Assembly (NCBI RefSeq): GCF_947499065.1 | Contig: NZ_CANMMT010000002.1 | Span: 59,313-123,312, forward strand | Source of the DNA: an uncultured Tenacibaculum sp. | Lineage (GTDB): Bacteria; Bacteroidota; Bacteroidia; Flavobacteriales; Flavobacteriaceae | Reading direction: 5' to 3' | DNA length: 64,000 nucleotides | Shown: positions 48,664 through 57,827 of the stretch, piece after piece | Layout of the letters: every line of letters begins with the position of its first letter | How positions within the stretch are numbered: the stretch's first letter is position 1 | Notes under the pieces: model-generated | Seen by the model: the letters and a program-made list of their open reading frames with translations, nothing else | The model's database searches: none | Told to the model about the DNA's origin: nothing | Position numbers and translations under genes: made by a program

Positions 48664-49601
48664 TTTAAAACTTCTATTGGAAATGAGTTGGTAGAGTATA
48701 GTTTACCAGCTTCAGCTAATTCTACATTTTCAAAAATAGTCTGTGCTTCTGCTTTAAAGTCTTTTAGGTTTGAGTACCTACTAGAATAGTGTCCAATAAT
48801 TAGTTTTCCTGCATTTGCTTGATTTGCAATGCTAGCAGCTTGTTCGGCAGTTGAGTGTTTGGTTTTATCACACAAATCTTCTCTATCTTTTAAAAAGGTA
48901 GCTTCATGGTATAGTAAATCTACATCTTTAATAATAGGTACTATATCTGGTTTGTAGGAAGTGTCACTACAAAAAGCATAACTTTTTGGTTTTGGAGGAT
49001 CTATTGTCAATTCAAAATTAGGAATTATTTCTCCTGTAGATAAAACAAAATCTTTACCAGCTTTTATGTTGTGAAAATCGCAGGTTTCTATTTCATCATA
49101 TTGTTGAATATTCTCAATATGTAATTTTCTAGGTTTAGGCTTTTCTTTAAATAAAAAGCCATTAGTGTATACTCTATGATCTAAAGGAATAGTATGTACA
49201 CTTATTTTATCATCTTCAAAGATTAATTCACTTTCGTTTGAATCTAATTCATGAAAAACAATGTTGTATTTAGTCCAAGATTTCGAAATTTTTAATTGAA
49301 GAACAGTAATTTCCTTAATTCCTTTAGGACCATAAATATGTAAGTCTTTTTCTCTATTAAGTATTCCAAATGTAGAAATTAAACCAATTAATCCAAAAAA
49401 GTGATCTCCATGCAAATGAGAGATAAATATATGGTTGATTTTAGAAAAACCAACTTTATACTTTCTCATTTGTCTTTGAGTACCTTCTCCACAATCGATT
49501 AAAAAATGACGGTTATTTATTTCTAAGTACTGAGATGTAGGGTGTGCATTAACTCTTGGGGTAGCAGAGTGGCATCCTAAAATAGTTAAATGCAAACTCA
49601 T
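48660..49601 (-). CDS. rnz: Ribonuclease Z
   Basis: LIDCGEGTQ, ISHLHGDH, AFCSDT, HEATF, HSTA, GHYSSRY. Confidence 0.97.
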   Translation of the reverse strand: MSLHLTILGCHSATPRVNAHPTSQYLEINNRHFLIDCGEGTQRQMRKYKVGFSKINHIFISHLHGDHFFGLIGLISTFGILNREKDLHIYGPKGIKEITVLQLKISKSWTKYNIVFHELDSNESELIFEDDKISVHTIPLDHRVYTNGFLFKEKPKPRKLHIENIQQYDEIETCDFHNIKAGKDFVLSTGEIIPNFELTIDPPKPKSYAFCSDTSYKPDIVPIIKDVDLLYHEATFLKDREDLCDKTKHSTAEQAASIANQANAGKLIIGHYSSRYSNLKDFKAEAQTIFENVELAEAGKLYSTNSFPIEVLN

Positions 49602-49922
49602 TTATTTTATAACAAAACGTTTTGAAATAATATTCTTATTGCTTTGTATAGCATATATATACATACCTGACTTTAAATCATTGCGATAAAAAGGGTAAGA
49701 GTTACGTCCTTTAGAAATATTTAATTCTTTTCTATATACAGTTTTACCTAATACGTTTCTAACGGTGAAAATAACGGTCTGGTCACTTTTAGCATTAAAT
49801 GAAATAGTGGTATTATTGGTAAAAGGGTTAGGAGAAGCAACTAACTTGTCTACTTGTTTCTCTTGAGAGAAACTAGATAAGGTTACTAAGAATAAAAATA
49901 ATAAAAGTATTTTTTTTACCAT
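49602..49922 (-). CDS. Signal peptide plus stand-alone T9SS type A C-terminal sorting domain
   Basis: PNPF, NVLGK, GMYIY, KRFVIK; essentially no passenger domain. Confidence 0.82.
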   Translation of the reverse strand: MVKKILLLFLFLVTLSSFSQEKQVDKLVASPNPFTNNTTISFNAKSDQTVIFTVRNVLGKTVYRKELNISKGRNSYPFYRNDLKSGMYIYAIQSNKNIISKRFVIK

Positions 49923-49953
49923 ACGTTATTCGATTTTAAGGGATTAATATAGG

Positions 49954-50286
49954 TTAAAAACCTAAATCACGCTGAATATTTTCCATTTCAATAATATCTT
50001 CTGCCTCAACTAATGTAGGGGCTATGTTTAACGATTCAGGAAATTCATCAATATTCACATCTTTTAATACAATTACAAAAGATGTGCCATTTGTTTGATG
50101 CACTTGAGCGTATTTCAAAAATAATAAAATATTTTCTTTGGAAACGTTATTTTTTTCTGAAATTTTTACAATAAGGTGTTTTTCCTTAAAGTTAAAGTGC
50201 TCTTTTTCAAAATTTAATAAGAAATCATCGAAAGAAGTATCATCAAAATGAACTAACGCATATTCTTTTTTATCTTCAATTTTCAT
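49954..50286 (-). CDS. Conserved hypothetical protein between pyrB and rnz
   Basis: SFVIV...IAPTLVEAEDIIEMENIQRDLGF C-terminus recalled from Bacteroidetes pyrB-rnz operons. Confidence 0.8.
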   Translation of the reverse strand: MKIEDKKEYALVHFDDTSFDDFLLNFEKEHFNFKEKHLIVKISEKNNVSKENILLFLKYAQVHQTNGTSFVIVLKDVNIDEFPESLNIAPTLVEAEDIIEMENIQRDLGF

Positions 50287-50288
50287 TA

Positions 50289-51221
50289 TTATCTTTTTAT
50301 TTGTTGTGCTAACAAATATATAACAGCCATACGAGTAGCAACCCCATTTTCTACCTGATTTAAAATAATAGATTGGTCACTATCGGCAACATCACTTGTT
50401 AATTCAACCCCTCTATTTATAGGTCCTGGGTGCATTATAACAATTTTCTTACCAAGGTTGTCTAGTATTTGTTTATTAATACCAAATAACTGTGTGTATT
50501 CTCTAGTAGAAGGGAAATATTTAATATCCATTCGTTCGTGTTGTACACGTAGTACATTGGCAACATCACACCATTCTAAAGCTTTTTTCAAGTTTGTTTC
50601 AACCTCAACACCTAAACTAGTAATATATCTAGGTATTAATGTTGTTGGACCACAAACTTTTACTTTAGCTCCTTGCAATTGTAAAGCAAAAATATTTGAC
50701 AAAGCTACACGAGAATGTAAAACATCACCAACAATAACAATTTTCTTACCTTTTAGGTTACTGTTTAAAGCTTCACGCATAGAAAAACTATCTAATAAAG
50801 CTTGTGTTGGGTGTTCATGTGTACCATCACCAGCATTAATAATTTTTGCATCTACATGTTTTGATAAGAAAATACCAGCACCTACATTGGCATGACGCAT
50901 AACAACAATATCAACTTTCATTGAAAGGATATTGTTAACGGTATCAATTAAGGTTTCTCCTTTTTTTACAGAAGACTGCCCAGCAGAAAAATTAATAACA
51001 TCTGCCGATAAACGTTTTTCAGCTAATTCAAATGATAATTTAGTACGAGTACTATTTTCAAAAAATAAGTTAGCAATGGTAATATCTCGTAAAGAAGGAA
51101 CTTTCTTTATAGGGCGGTTAATAACTTCTTTAAAATGAGAAGCAGTTTCAAAAATAAGCTCTAAATCGGTTTTGTTAAGGTATTTTATACCTAGTAAATG
51201 TTCAACGCTTAACTGCTTCAT
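50289..51221 (-). CDS. pyrB: Aspartate carbamoyltransferase catalytic subunit
   Basis: FFENSTRT, HEHPTQALLD, GDVLHSRVA, MHPGP.NRGVE. Confidence 0.98.
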   Translation of the reverse strand: MKQLSVEHLLGIKYLNKTDLELIFETASHFKEVINRPIKKVPSLRDITIANLFFENSTRTKLSFELAEKRLSADVINFSAGQSSVKKGETLIDTVNNILSMKVDIVVMRHANVGAGIFLSKHVDAKIINAGDGTHEHPTQALLDSFSMREALNSNLKGKKIVIVGDVLHSRVALSNIFALQLQGAKVKVCGPTTLIPRYITSLGVEVETNLKKALEWCDVANVLRVQHERMDIKYFPSTREYTQLFGINKQILDNLGKKIVIMHPGPINRGVELTSDVADSDQSIILNQVENGVATRMAVIYLLAQQIKR

Positions 51222-51245
51222 TTTAGTTTGTTTTTATAATCATAA

Positions 51246-51800
51246 CTAATCAAGCTTTGATGGCTTGGGTTCAAGGTAAATAGTATCTTCTTTATGAGTT
51301 TCTTCCCAGTTAACAACAACTTTTTCTTCATTTATAGCGTCAACTTGTCTTCCTCTATAATTAGGTTGAATAGGGAGGTGACGGCTAAAACGGCGATCAA
51401 TTAACACTAGTAACTCAATGTTTTCAGGTCTTCCGTATGACTGAATTGCTGTTAAAGCACTTCGTACACTTCTACCTGAATATAAAACATCGTCAATAAT
51501 AACAACTTTTTTGCCTTCAATTAAAAAGTCAATTTGAGTTGCTGTAGCTTCTAAAGGTTCATCTCTTCTACGAAAATCGTCTCGATAAAAAGTAATGTCT
51601 AATAAACCTAATTGAAGATTTTGTATTCCATAATCATCTGTTAACAATTTAGCTAATCGTTTTGCTAAAAAAGTTCCTCTAGGTTGAAGTCCTATTAGCA
51701 CGGTATTAGAGAAGTCGTTATGGTTTTCGATTAACTGACAAGCTAATCGATGCAGAATGATTTGAATTTCTTTTGATGTAAGTAGTGTTTTTCTGCTCAT
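51246..51800 (-). CDS. pyrR: PyrR bifunctional regulator / uracil phosphoribosyltransferase
   Basis: LDITFYRDD, VIIDDVLYSGRSVRSA, LIDRRFSRHLPIQP. Confidence 0.96.
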   Translation of the reverse strand: MSRKTLLTSKEIQIILHRLACQLIENHNDFSNTVLIGLQPRGTFLAKRLAKLLTDDYGIQNLQLGLLDITFYRDDFRRRDEPLEATATQIDFLIEGKKVVIIDDVLYSGRSVRSALTAIQSYGRPENIELLVLIDRRFSRHLPIQPNYRGRQVDAINEEKVVVNWEETHKEDTIYLEPKPSKLD

Positions 51801-51947
51801 TTGTTGCTATCAAATTGGTTTGATAGTTCAACGTTCAAAAATAAAGCAAAAAAAAACGTCCACAAAATTAAAGTTAATGAAACATAAAACTATATGAATA
51901 AAATTATCTTTACATTTGCCAACTTTTAGAATATACCTGTTGATATT

Positions 51948-53609
51948 ATGATGAAATACATTAAAAATAAGAAGATTAACATTAAAGATGACACTTTAGC
52001 GGGGATTACGGTTTCGTTAGCTATGATACCTGAAGTAGTAGCTTTTGCCTTTGTTGCTCAAATAGATCCTTTAGTAGCACTTTCAGGAGCGTTTATTATT
52101 GGTTTAATTACTGCAATTTTTGGAGGTAGACCTGGATTAATATCAGGAGCAGCTGGAGCAGTGGCAGTTATTTTTGTGCATATGATTGCTGAAGGGCACA
52201 AAAAAGGGATGCTTTTTGATACTCCGATAGATAATATGGGGTATTACTATTTATTAGGAGCTGTTATTTTAATGGGACTAATACAAGTTGGAGCAGGAGT
52301 TTTAAAATTAGGACGCTTTGTACGTTTAATACCACATTCAGTAATGATGGGGTTTGTAAACGGTTTAGCTATTGTGATTTTTATTGCTCAGGTAAAAATG
52401 TTTTCTCATAAAGAACTAAATATTTCACCAGAAGGAGTAAAGGAATATAAAAACATATTTATGCAAGGTACAGAGTTATTTACCATGATTGGATTGGTAT
52501 TATTAACAATGGCAATTATTTGGGGACTTCCAAAAATTACAAAGAAAGTGCCTGCGGCTTTAACTGCAATTATTATAACTACTGCAATTGTTGTTATTTC
52601 TGGAATGGATGTAAGTACAGTTGGTTCTTACATTAGAGAAGGTGGAGGAGACGGATTATCTGGAAAATTTCCTACACCAAATTTAGAACTATGGCAAAAC
52701 TTACCATTTAATTTAGATACTTTATTATTTATTCTTCCATATGCTTTTTTAGCAGCATCAGTAGGTTTAATCGAGTCATTAATGACAATGAATTTAGTTG
52801 ATGAGTTAACAGATTCTAGAGGAAACGGAAATAAAGAATGTGTTGCCCAAGGAGCTGGAAATATTGTAAGTGGATTGTTTGGTGGAACAGGTGGTTGTGG
52901 TATGATTGGACAAACAGTAATTAATATCAATGCTGGTGGTAGAGGAAGATTATCTGGAGTGATGATGGCATTAACTTTACTTACATTTATTTTATTTGCT
53001 GATAAGTATATAGAACAAGTACCTATTGCTGCTTTAGTAGGAGTAATGTTTATGATGGTAATTGAAACATTTGCATGGTCTAGTTTTAGAATTATGAATA
53101 AGATTCCAAAATCGGATGCTTTTGTTTTAATAATTGTATCTGCGGTTACTGTAATTTTCGATTTAGCTATCGCTGTATTTGTTGGAGTAATTGTTAGTGC
53201 ATTAGTATTCTCATGGGAAAATGCAAAGAAAATTAGAGCAAGAAAACGTATGAAAGATGATGGTACTAAAGTTTATGAAATTTGGGGACCTTTATTTTTT
53301 GGTAGTATTACAGCTTTCAATGAAAAGTTTGATATAAAAAATGATCCAGATAGAGTTGAGATTGACTTTGTTGAATCTAGAGTTTCTGATCATTCTGCTA
53401 TTGAAGCTATTTTCGCCTTAGTTGAAAAATATCAAGCAGCAGGAAAGAAAGTTGTTTTAAAACACTTAAGTGAAGACTGTAAAGTATTATTATACAAAGC
53501 AAGTCCAATTTTCTCAGATGTGATAGAGGAAGCTATTGATGATCCTCGTTATCATTTGGCGGCAAATCCTGAAGATTTTCCAAAACCATTATCAGAGTAT
53601 AAATTTTAA
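51948..53609 (+). CDS. SulP/SLC26 anion permease with STAS domain
   Basis: GITVSLAMIPE, GGRPGLISG, GRGRLSG, GPLFFG, C-terminal STAS; TACATTTG promoter at 51911. Confidence 0.94.
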   Translation: MMKYIKNKKINIKDDTLAGITVSLAMIPEVVAFAFVAQIDPLVALSGAFIIGLITAIFGGRPGLISGAAGAVAVIFVHMIAEGHKKGMLFDTPIDNMGYYYLLGAVILMGLIQVGAGVLKLGRFVRLIPHSVMMGFVNGLAIVIFIAQVKMFSHKELNISPEGVKEYKNIFMQGTELFTMIGLVLLTMAIIWGLPKITKKVPAALTAIIITTAIVVISGMDVSTVGSYIREGGGDGLSGKFPTPNLELWQNLPFNLDTLLFILPYAFLAASVGLIESLMTMNLVDELTDSRGNGNKECVAQGAGNIVSGLFGGTGGCGMIGQTVININAGGRGRLSGVMMALTLLTFILFADKYIEQVPIAALVGVMFMMVIETFAWSSFRIMNKIPKSDAFVLIIVSAVTVIFDLAIAVFVGVIVSALVFSWENAKKIRARKRMKDDGTKVYEIWGPLFFGSITAFNEKFDIKNDPDRVEIDFVESRVSDHSAIEAIFALVEKYQAAGKKVVLKHLSEDCKVLLYKASPIFSDVIEEAIDDPRYHLAANPEDFPKPLSEYKF

Positions 53610-53610
53610 A

Positions 53611-53640
53611 TAAAAAATCCCGCTACATGCGGGATTTTTT
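53611..53640. terminator. Bidirectional terminator between SulP and oxyR
   Basis: aaaaaatcccgc-taca-tgcgggatttttt. Confidence 0.85.
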
Positions 53641-53645
53641 ATTTA

Positions 53646-54587
53646 TTATCCTTTATTTAAAGGACTAATTATTTCTACATCGCTAAAAGCTATAGCGCCT
53701 CTTACAACGCTATCAATGGTACTTTTTAAAGCTTCTATTAACTGCATTTTTAATTGAGATTTATGATAAATTAAACTAACCTCTCTAGCTGGAGGTGGAG
53801 TTTCAAATTCTCTAAGGTGTTCTTTGTCTTTTTCGTTTAAATCCAAAGTATTTAAATAAGGTAATAAAGTCATACCTAATCCATCTTTAGATAATTTAAT
53901 TAAAGTATCAAAGCTTCCGCTTTCTAGTTGGAAATGATTTTTAGAATTTCTTTTGTCAGTTCTACATAGATTTATAACACTGTCTTTAAAGCAATGTCCG
54001 TCTTCTAATAATAAGATATCATCAACCTCTAAGTCGTTAACTTCAATTTTCTTTTTTTCAAATAAACGATGTTCGTGTGGTATTAAACCTACAAAAGGTT
54101 CGTAATATAAAACACGTTCTTTAATAGCTTCGTTTTCTAATGGAGTTGCAGCTAAAGCAGCATCAATATGACCATCCATTAACTTTCTAACAATTTCCTC
54201 GGTAGTTAATTCTTCTATGATTAATTGAACTTTAGGATAGTTTCTACTAAATGTTTTTAAAAACATAGGTAACAGAGTAGGCATTATAGTAGGAATTATT
54301 CCAAGTTTGAATTCTCCTCCAACATAACCTTTTTGTTGGTGTACAATGTCTAGAATACGATTACTTTCATCGACAATAACTTTTGCTTGTTCTACTATTT
54401 TTTTACCAACTTCAGTTAACTCGATAGGTTTTTTAGAACGGTTAAATATTTTAGCATCTAATTCTTCTTCCAATTTTTGTATTTGCATACTTAATGTTGG
54501 TTGAGTAACGAAACAATGCTCGGCAGCAATTGTAAAGTTTTTATACTCAGCAACAGATAAGGTATATTTTAGTTGTGTTATAGTCAT
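53646..54587 (-). CDS. oxyR: Hydrogen-peroxide sensor OxyR (LysR family)
   Basis: LysR HTH; LLEDGHCFKDSVINLC redox Cys pair; divergent from dps. Confidence 0.94.
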   Translation of the reverse strand: MTITQLKYTLSVAEYKNFTIAAEHCFVTQPTLSMQIQKLEEELDAKIFNRSKKPIELTEVGKKIVEQAKVIVDESNRILDIVHQQKGYVGGEFKLGIIPTIMPTLLPMFLKTFSRNYPKVQLIIEELTTEEIVRKLMDGHIDAALAATPLENEAIKERVLYYEPFVGLIPHEHRLFEKKKIEVNDLEVDDILLLEDGHCFKDSVINLCRTDKRNSKNHFQLESGSFDTLIKLSKDGLGMTLLPYLNTLDLNEKDKEHLREFETPPPAREVSLIYHKSQLKMQLIEALKSTIDSVVRGAIAFSDVEIISPLNKG

Positions 54588-54607
54588 GTATAAAAATTTT
54601 CGATAAA

Positions 54608-54640
54608 GATATTAAAACTATCAATAGAATTTATAGTTTT
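54608..54640. promoter_or_regulatory. Putative OxyR operator in the oxyR-dps intergenic region
   Basis: GATA-N7-TATC (54608-54622) overlapping the dyad AAAACTAT-N11-ATAGTTTT (54614-54640). Confidence 0.5.
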
Positions 54641-54697
54641 TTAAATAAAAGTTGGCCTAATTTTGACATAGAAAAATTAGAAAAACAAAGATAAAAA

Positions 54698-55168
54698 ATG
54701 AATACAACAGTTATAGGTTTAGATAAAAATAAAACAGAGGAATTAGTTAAAGAATTAAATAGTTTGTTAGCAAACTTTCAGGTGTATTATCAAAATGTAA
54801 GGGGTTTACACTGGAATATTAAAGGAAAAAACTTTTTTGAATTACATGTAAAGTTTGAAGAGTTTTATACAGATGCTCAAGAGAAAGTAGATTTAATAGC
54901 TGAAAGAATATTAACATTACAAGGAACACCTTTACATACTTTTAGTGATTATACAGAATTGTCAAAAGTAAAAGTTGGTAAGAATATATCTAACGATGTA
55001 GAAGCGGTTACTTTAGTGGTAGATTCATTATCGGAATTATTAAAAATAGAAAGAACTATATTAGAATTATCTGATGAAGCTGATGATGAAGGAACAAATT
55101 CTATGATGAGTGATTTTATATCAGAGCAAGAAAAAACTTTATGGATGATGAATGCTTGGTTAGGATAA
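54698..55168 (+). CDS. dps: DNA protection during starvation protein
   Basis: HWNIKG..FFELH..FEE.Y, D.IAERIL, EQEK..WM. Confidence 0.96.
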   Translation: MNTTVIGLDKNKTEELVKELNSLLANFQVYYQNVRGLHWNIKGKNFFELHVKFEEFYTDAQEKVDLIAERILTLQGTPLHTFSDYTELSKVKVGKNISNDVEAVTLVVDSLSELLKIERTILELSDEADDEGTNSMMSDFISEQEKTLWMMNAWLG

Positions 55169-55200
55169 AACAAGAAAAACGTAACAAAAACAAACAACAA

Positions 55201-55230
55201 GAAAAGCAACATATTTATGTTGCTTTTTTC
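55201..55230 (+). terminator. Terminator of dps
   Basis: aaaagcaacat/atgttgctttt followed by a T-run. Confidence 0.8.
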
Positions 55231-55299
55231 TTTTTAAGAAAGAAATGTAACTTTCTTTTTTAGATATCGTCTAATCTTTATAAATCAAATAACAAAACT

Positions 55300-56946
55300 A
55301 TGAGAAACATAATTAAACACGGAATTATAGCTCTTTGCTTTATGCTTACAAGCATAATAACAGCTCAAAACTTAGAGCAAAAAATAGATGATATTTTAAA
55401 GAAAGAGTTTAAAAGCAACGAAACAGGAGTTACAGCTCTTGTAGCCAAAGATGGTAAGGTTATTTATAGAAAAGCATTTGGAAAAGCTAATTTAGAATTA
55501 GATGTAGATATGATTCCAGAAAATGTTTTTGAAATTGGATCTATAACTAAACAATTTACTTCGGTTGCTATTTTAATGTTATTAGAAGAAGGTAAGCTTA
55601 GCTTAGAAGACGATATAACTAAATTTATTCCAGATTACCCAACTCATGGGAAAAAGATAACAATTCATCATTTATTAACGCATACTTCAGGTATTAAGAG
55701 TTATACTTCAATGAAAGAATTTGGAAAAGTAGCTACACTTCATAAAACACCTCTAGAATTTATAGATTTCTTCAAAAATGAACCAATGAATTTTGAACCA
55801 GGAGAAAAATATAAGTACAATAACTCAGGTTACTTTCTTTTAGGATATATTATAGAAAAAGCTAGTGGAATGACTTATCAGAAGTTCATAAAAGAAAGAA
55901 TTTTTGATAAGCTGGATATGAATTCATCATATTATGGAAGTCAAACAGAGTTGATTAAAAATAGAGCGTATGGGTATAATCGAAGAGGTGATGTGTTTTC
56001 TAATGCACAATATATAAGCTTAACTTTACCTTATGCAGCAGGATCAATAATGTCTAATATAGATGATATGTTAAAATGGCAATCAGCTATAACAAATAAT
56101 ACATTGGTAAAAAAAGAAACAATAGCTAAGGCTTTTAAAAATTACACTCTAAACAATGGAGAGAAGATAAACTATGGATATGGTTGGAGTTTAGATGAAA
56201 TCAAAGATGTTCCAACAATAGAGCATGGAGGGGCTATACCAGGATATATATCAATGGGGATTTATGTGCCAAGTAAAAATGTATACGTAATAGCATTTTC
56301 AAACTGTGGATGTATCTCACCAAGAAATAGCGCTACAGAAATTGCAGCTTTGGTAATAGGTAAACCTAAGTTTGACAAAAATAATGTGATTAAATTATCT
56401 ACTGAAGAATTGAAAAAATGGGTTGGAGCTTACCAATTTGATAATGATGTTGTAAGATATATTACATTAAAAGATAACCAATTGTATAGTAAAAGAGAAG
56501 GTAGTAGTAAAGACTTTAAAATTTATCCAACCTCAGCAACTAATTTTTCTTTTGAAGATGGATTTATAGAGTATGAATTTTCTGATAAAGGAGGAAAAAA
56601 AGAAGCACATTTCAAGAATAGAATTAATAAAGAAAAAGGAGTGTGGATAAATAAAAAAGCTCCAAAAGAGAAAAAAGAAATAAAAGTAGCAGCTGATATT
56701 TTAAAAAAATATGAAGGAGCTTATGAGTTACAACCGAATTTTATAATTACAATAAGAACTAAAAATAATCAAATATTTGCACAGGCAACAGGGCAACCTG
56801 AGTTTGAGATATTTGCTGAAACTAACAAGGAATTCTTTTTAAAAGTAGTAAAAGCAAGTATAGAGTTTCATACTAATGATGCTGGAGTAATTGATGCATT
56901 AACCTTATATCAAGGAGGAAGAGCAATGAAAGCGAAAAAGAAATAG
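55300..56946 (+). CDS. Serine hydrolase (beta-lactamase/AmpC-like family) with two C-terminal DUF3471-like domains
   Basis: Signal peptide, GSITKQF (SxxK), YNNSGY, HGGA; two GAY[Q/E]-initiated C-terminal modules. Confidence 0.92.
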   Translation: MRNIIKHGIIALCFMLTSIITAQNLEQKIDDILKKEFKSNETGVTALVAKDGKVIYRKAFGKANLELDVDMIPENVFEIGSITKQFTSVAILMLLEEGKLSLEDDITKFIPDYPTHGKKITIHHLLTHTSGIKSYTSMKEFGKVATLHKTPLEFIDFFKNEPMNFEPGEKYKYNNSGYFLLGYIIEKASGMTYQKFIKERIFDKLDMNSSYYGSQTELIKNRAYGYNRRGDVFSNAQYISLTLPYAAGSIMSNIDDMLKWQSAITNNTLVKKETIAKAFKNYTLNNGEKINYGYGWSLDEIKDVPTIEHGGAIPGYISMGIYVPSKNVYVIAFSNCGCISPRNSATEIAALVIGKPKFDKNNVIKLSTEELKKWVGAYQFDNDVVRYITLKDNQLYSKREGSSKDFKIYPTSATNFSFEDGFIEYEFSDKGGKKEAHFKNRINKEKGVWINKKAPKEKKEIKVAADILKKYEGAYELQPNFIITIRTKNNQIFAQATGQPEFEIFAETNKEFFLKVVKASIEFHTNDAGVIDALTLYQGGRAMKAKKK

Positions 56947-57720
56947 TTAAAACAAGTATTTAAGTAAAATACGAATACTAACAAAGGCAATCAGTAAAGC
57001 GGTTGCCTTTTTTAATTGAATAGGACTAAATAGTCTAGTACTCATTCTACTACCAATTTGACCACCAATAAAAACAGTGATTAATAAAATAGAAGTCAAA
57101 TGCCAATTGATTGTAAATTCAGGATTTGTATACTGTCCAATTAATCCAGCAATAGAATTCAATAAAATAAAAAAACTAGCAGTGGCAGCAATTTTTTTAG
57201 GGCTATCCCAATTAGTTAAATGAAGTAAAGGTGCTAAGAAAATTCCACCACCAATACCTACCATACCAGAAATAAAACCAATAATACCACCGTAACTAGC
57301 ATTTTTTGAAATACTTAAAGATTTTGACTCAGTTTCAGAAGAAACTATTTTTTTAGAAATCCACATGGTAATCGCGGCAAATAACAAAGTAAATCCTAGA
57401 AGTATAAAAAAGAAGGTTTGACTTATACGTAAATAGCCTCCAATAAAAGCTAAAGGAACACTAAATAATACTAATGGAAGTACTTTTTTCCAATTGTATT
57501 TTTTGCTTTGGATGTATAAAAAAACATTTCCACTTACAACCATTATATTACACAATAAAGCTGTAGCTCTAATTTGAGAAAAAGCTAAACCAGTTAACGC
57601 CAAAATGGCTAAATAACTTGAACCTCCACCAAAGCCTACAGATGAGTATAACACAGCAACTGTAAAGAATAACAAAACGATATGCCAGTTTTGTAAAAAT
57701 GTTAGTATGAGAAAATCCAT
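56947..57720 (-). CDS. TauE/SafE sulfite-exporter family protein
   Basis: SVGFGGGS, GMVGIGGGIF.P, multiple TM helices. Confidence 0.9.
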   Translation of the reverse strand: MDFLILTFLQNWHIVLLFFTVAVLYSSVGFGGGSSYLAILALTGLAFSQIRATALLCNIMVVSGNVFLYIQSKKYNWKKVLPLVLFSVPLAFIGGYLRISQTFFFILLGFTLLFAAITMWISKKIVSSETESKSLSISKNASYGGIIGFISGMVGIGGGIFLAPLLHLTNWDSPKKIAATASFFILLNSIAGLIGQYTNPEFTINWHLTSILLITVFIGGQIGSRMSTRLFSPIQLKKATALLIAFVSIRILLKYLF

Positions 57721-57827
57721 AGAAAATCGAAAATAATAAAATAGCGTTTCTTAAAAGCTTTTTTAGATAAAAACTATTATAAAATTTTAAAAAATTGTAG
57801 ATTAGTTCGCCAAAAAAATAGCAAATA

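Noticed and set aside
49954-50286. Possible second RNase Z
   Set aside because: No HxHxDH metallo-beta-lactamase motif; only neighbours rnz
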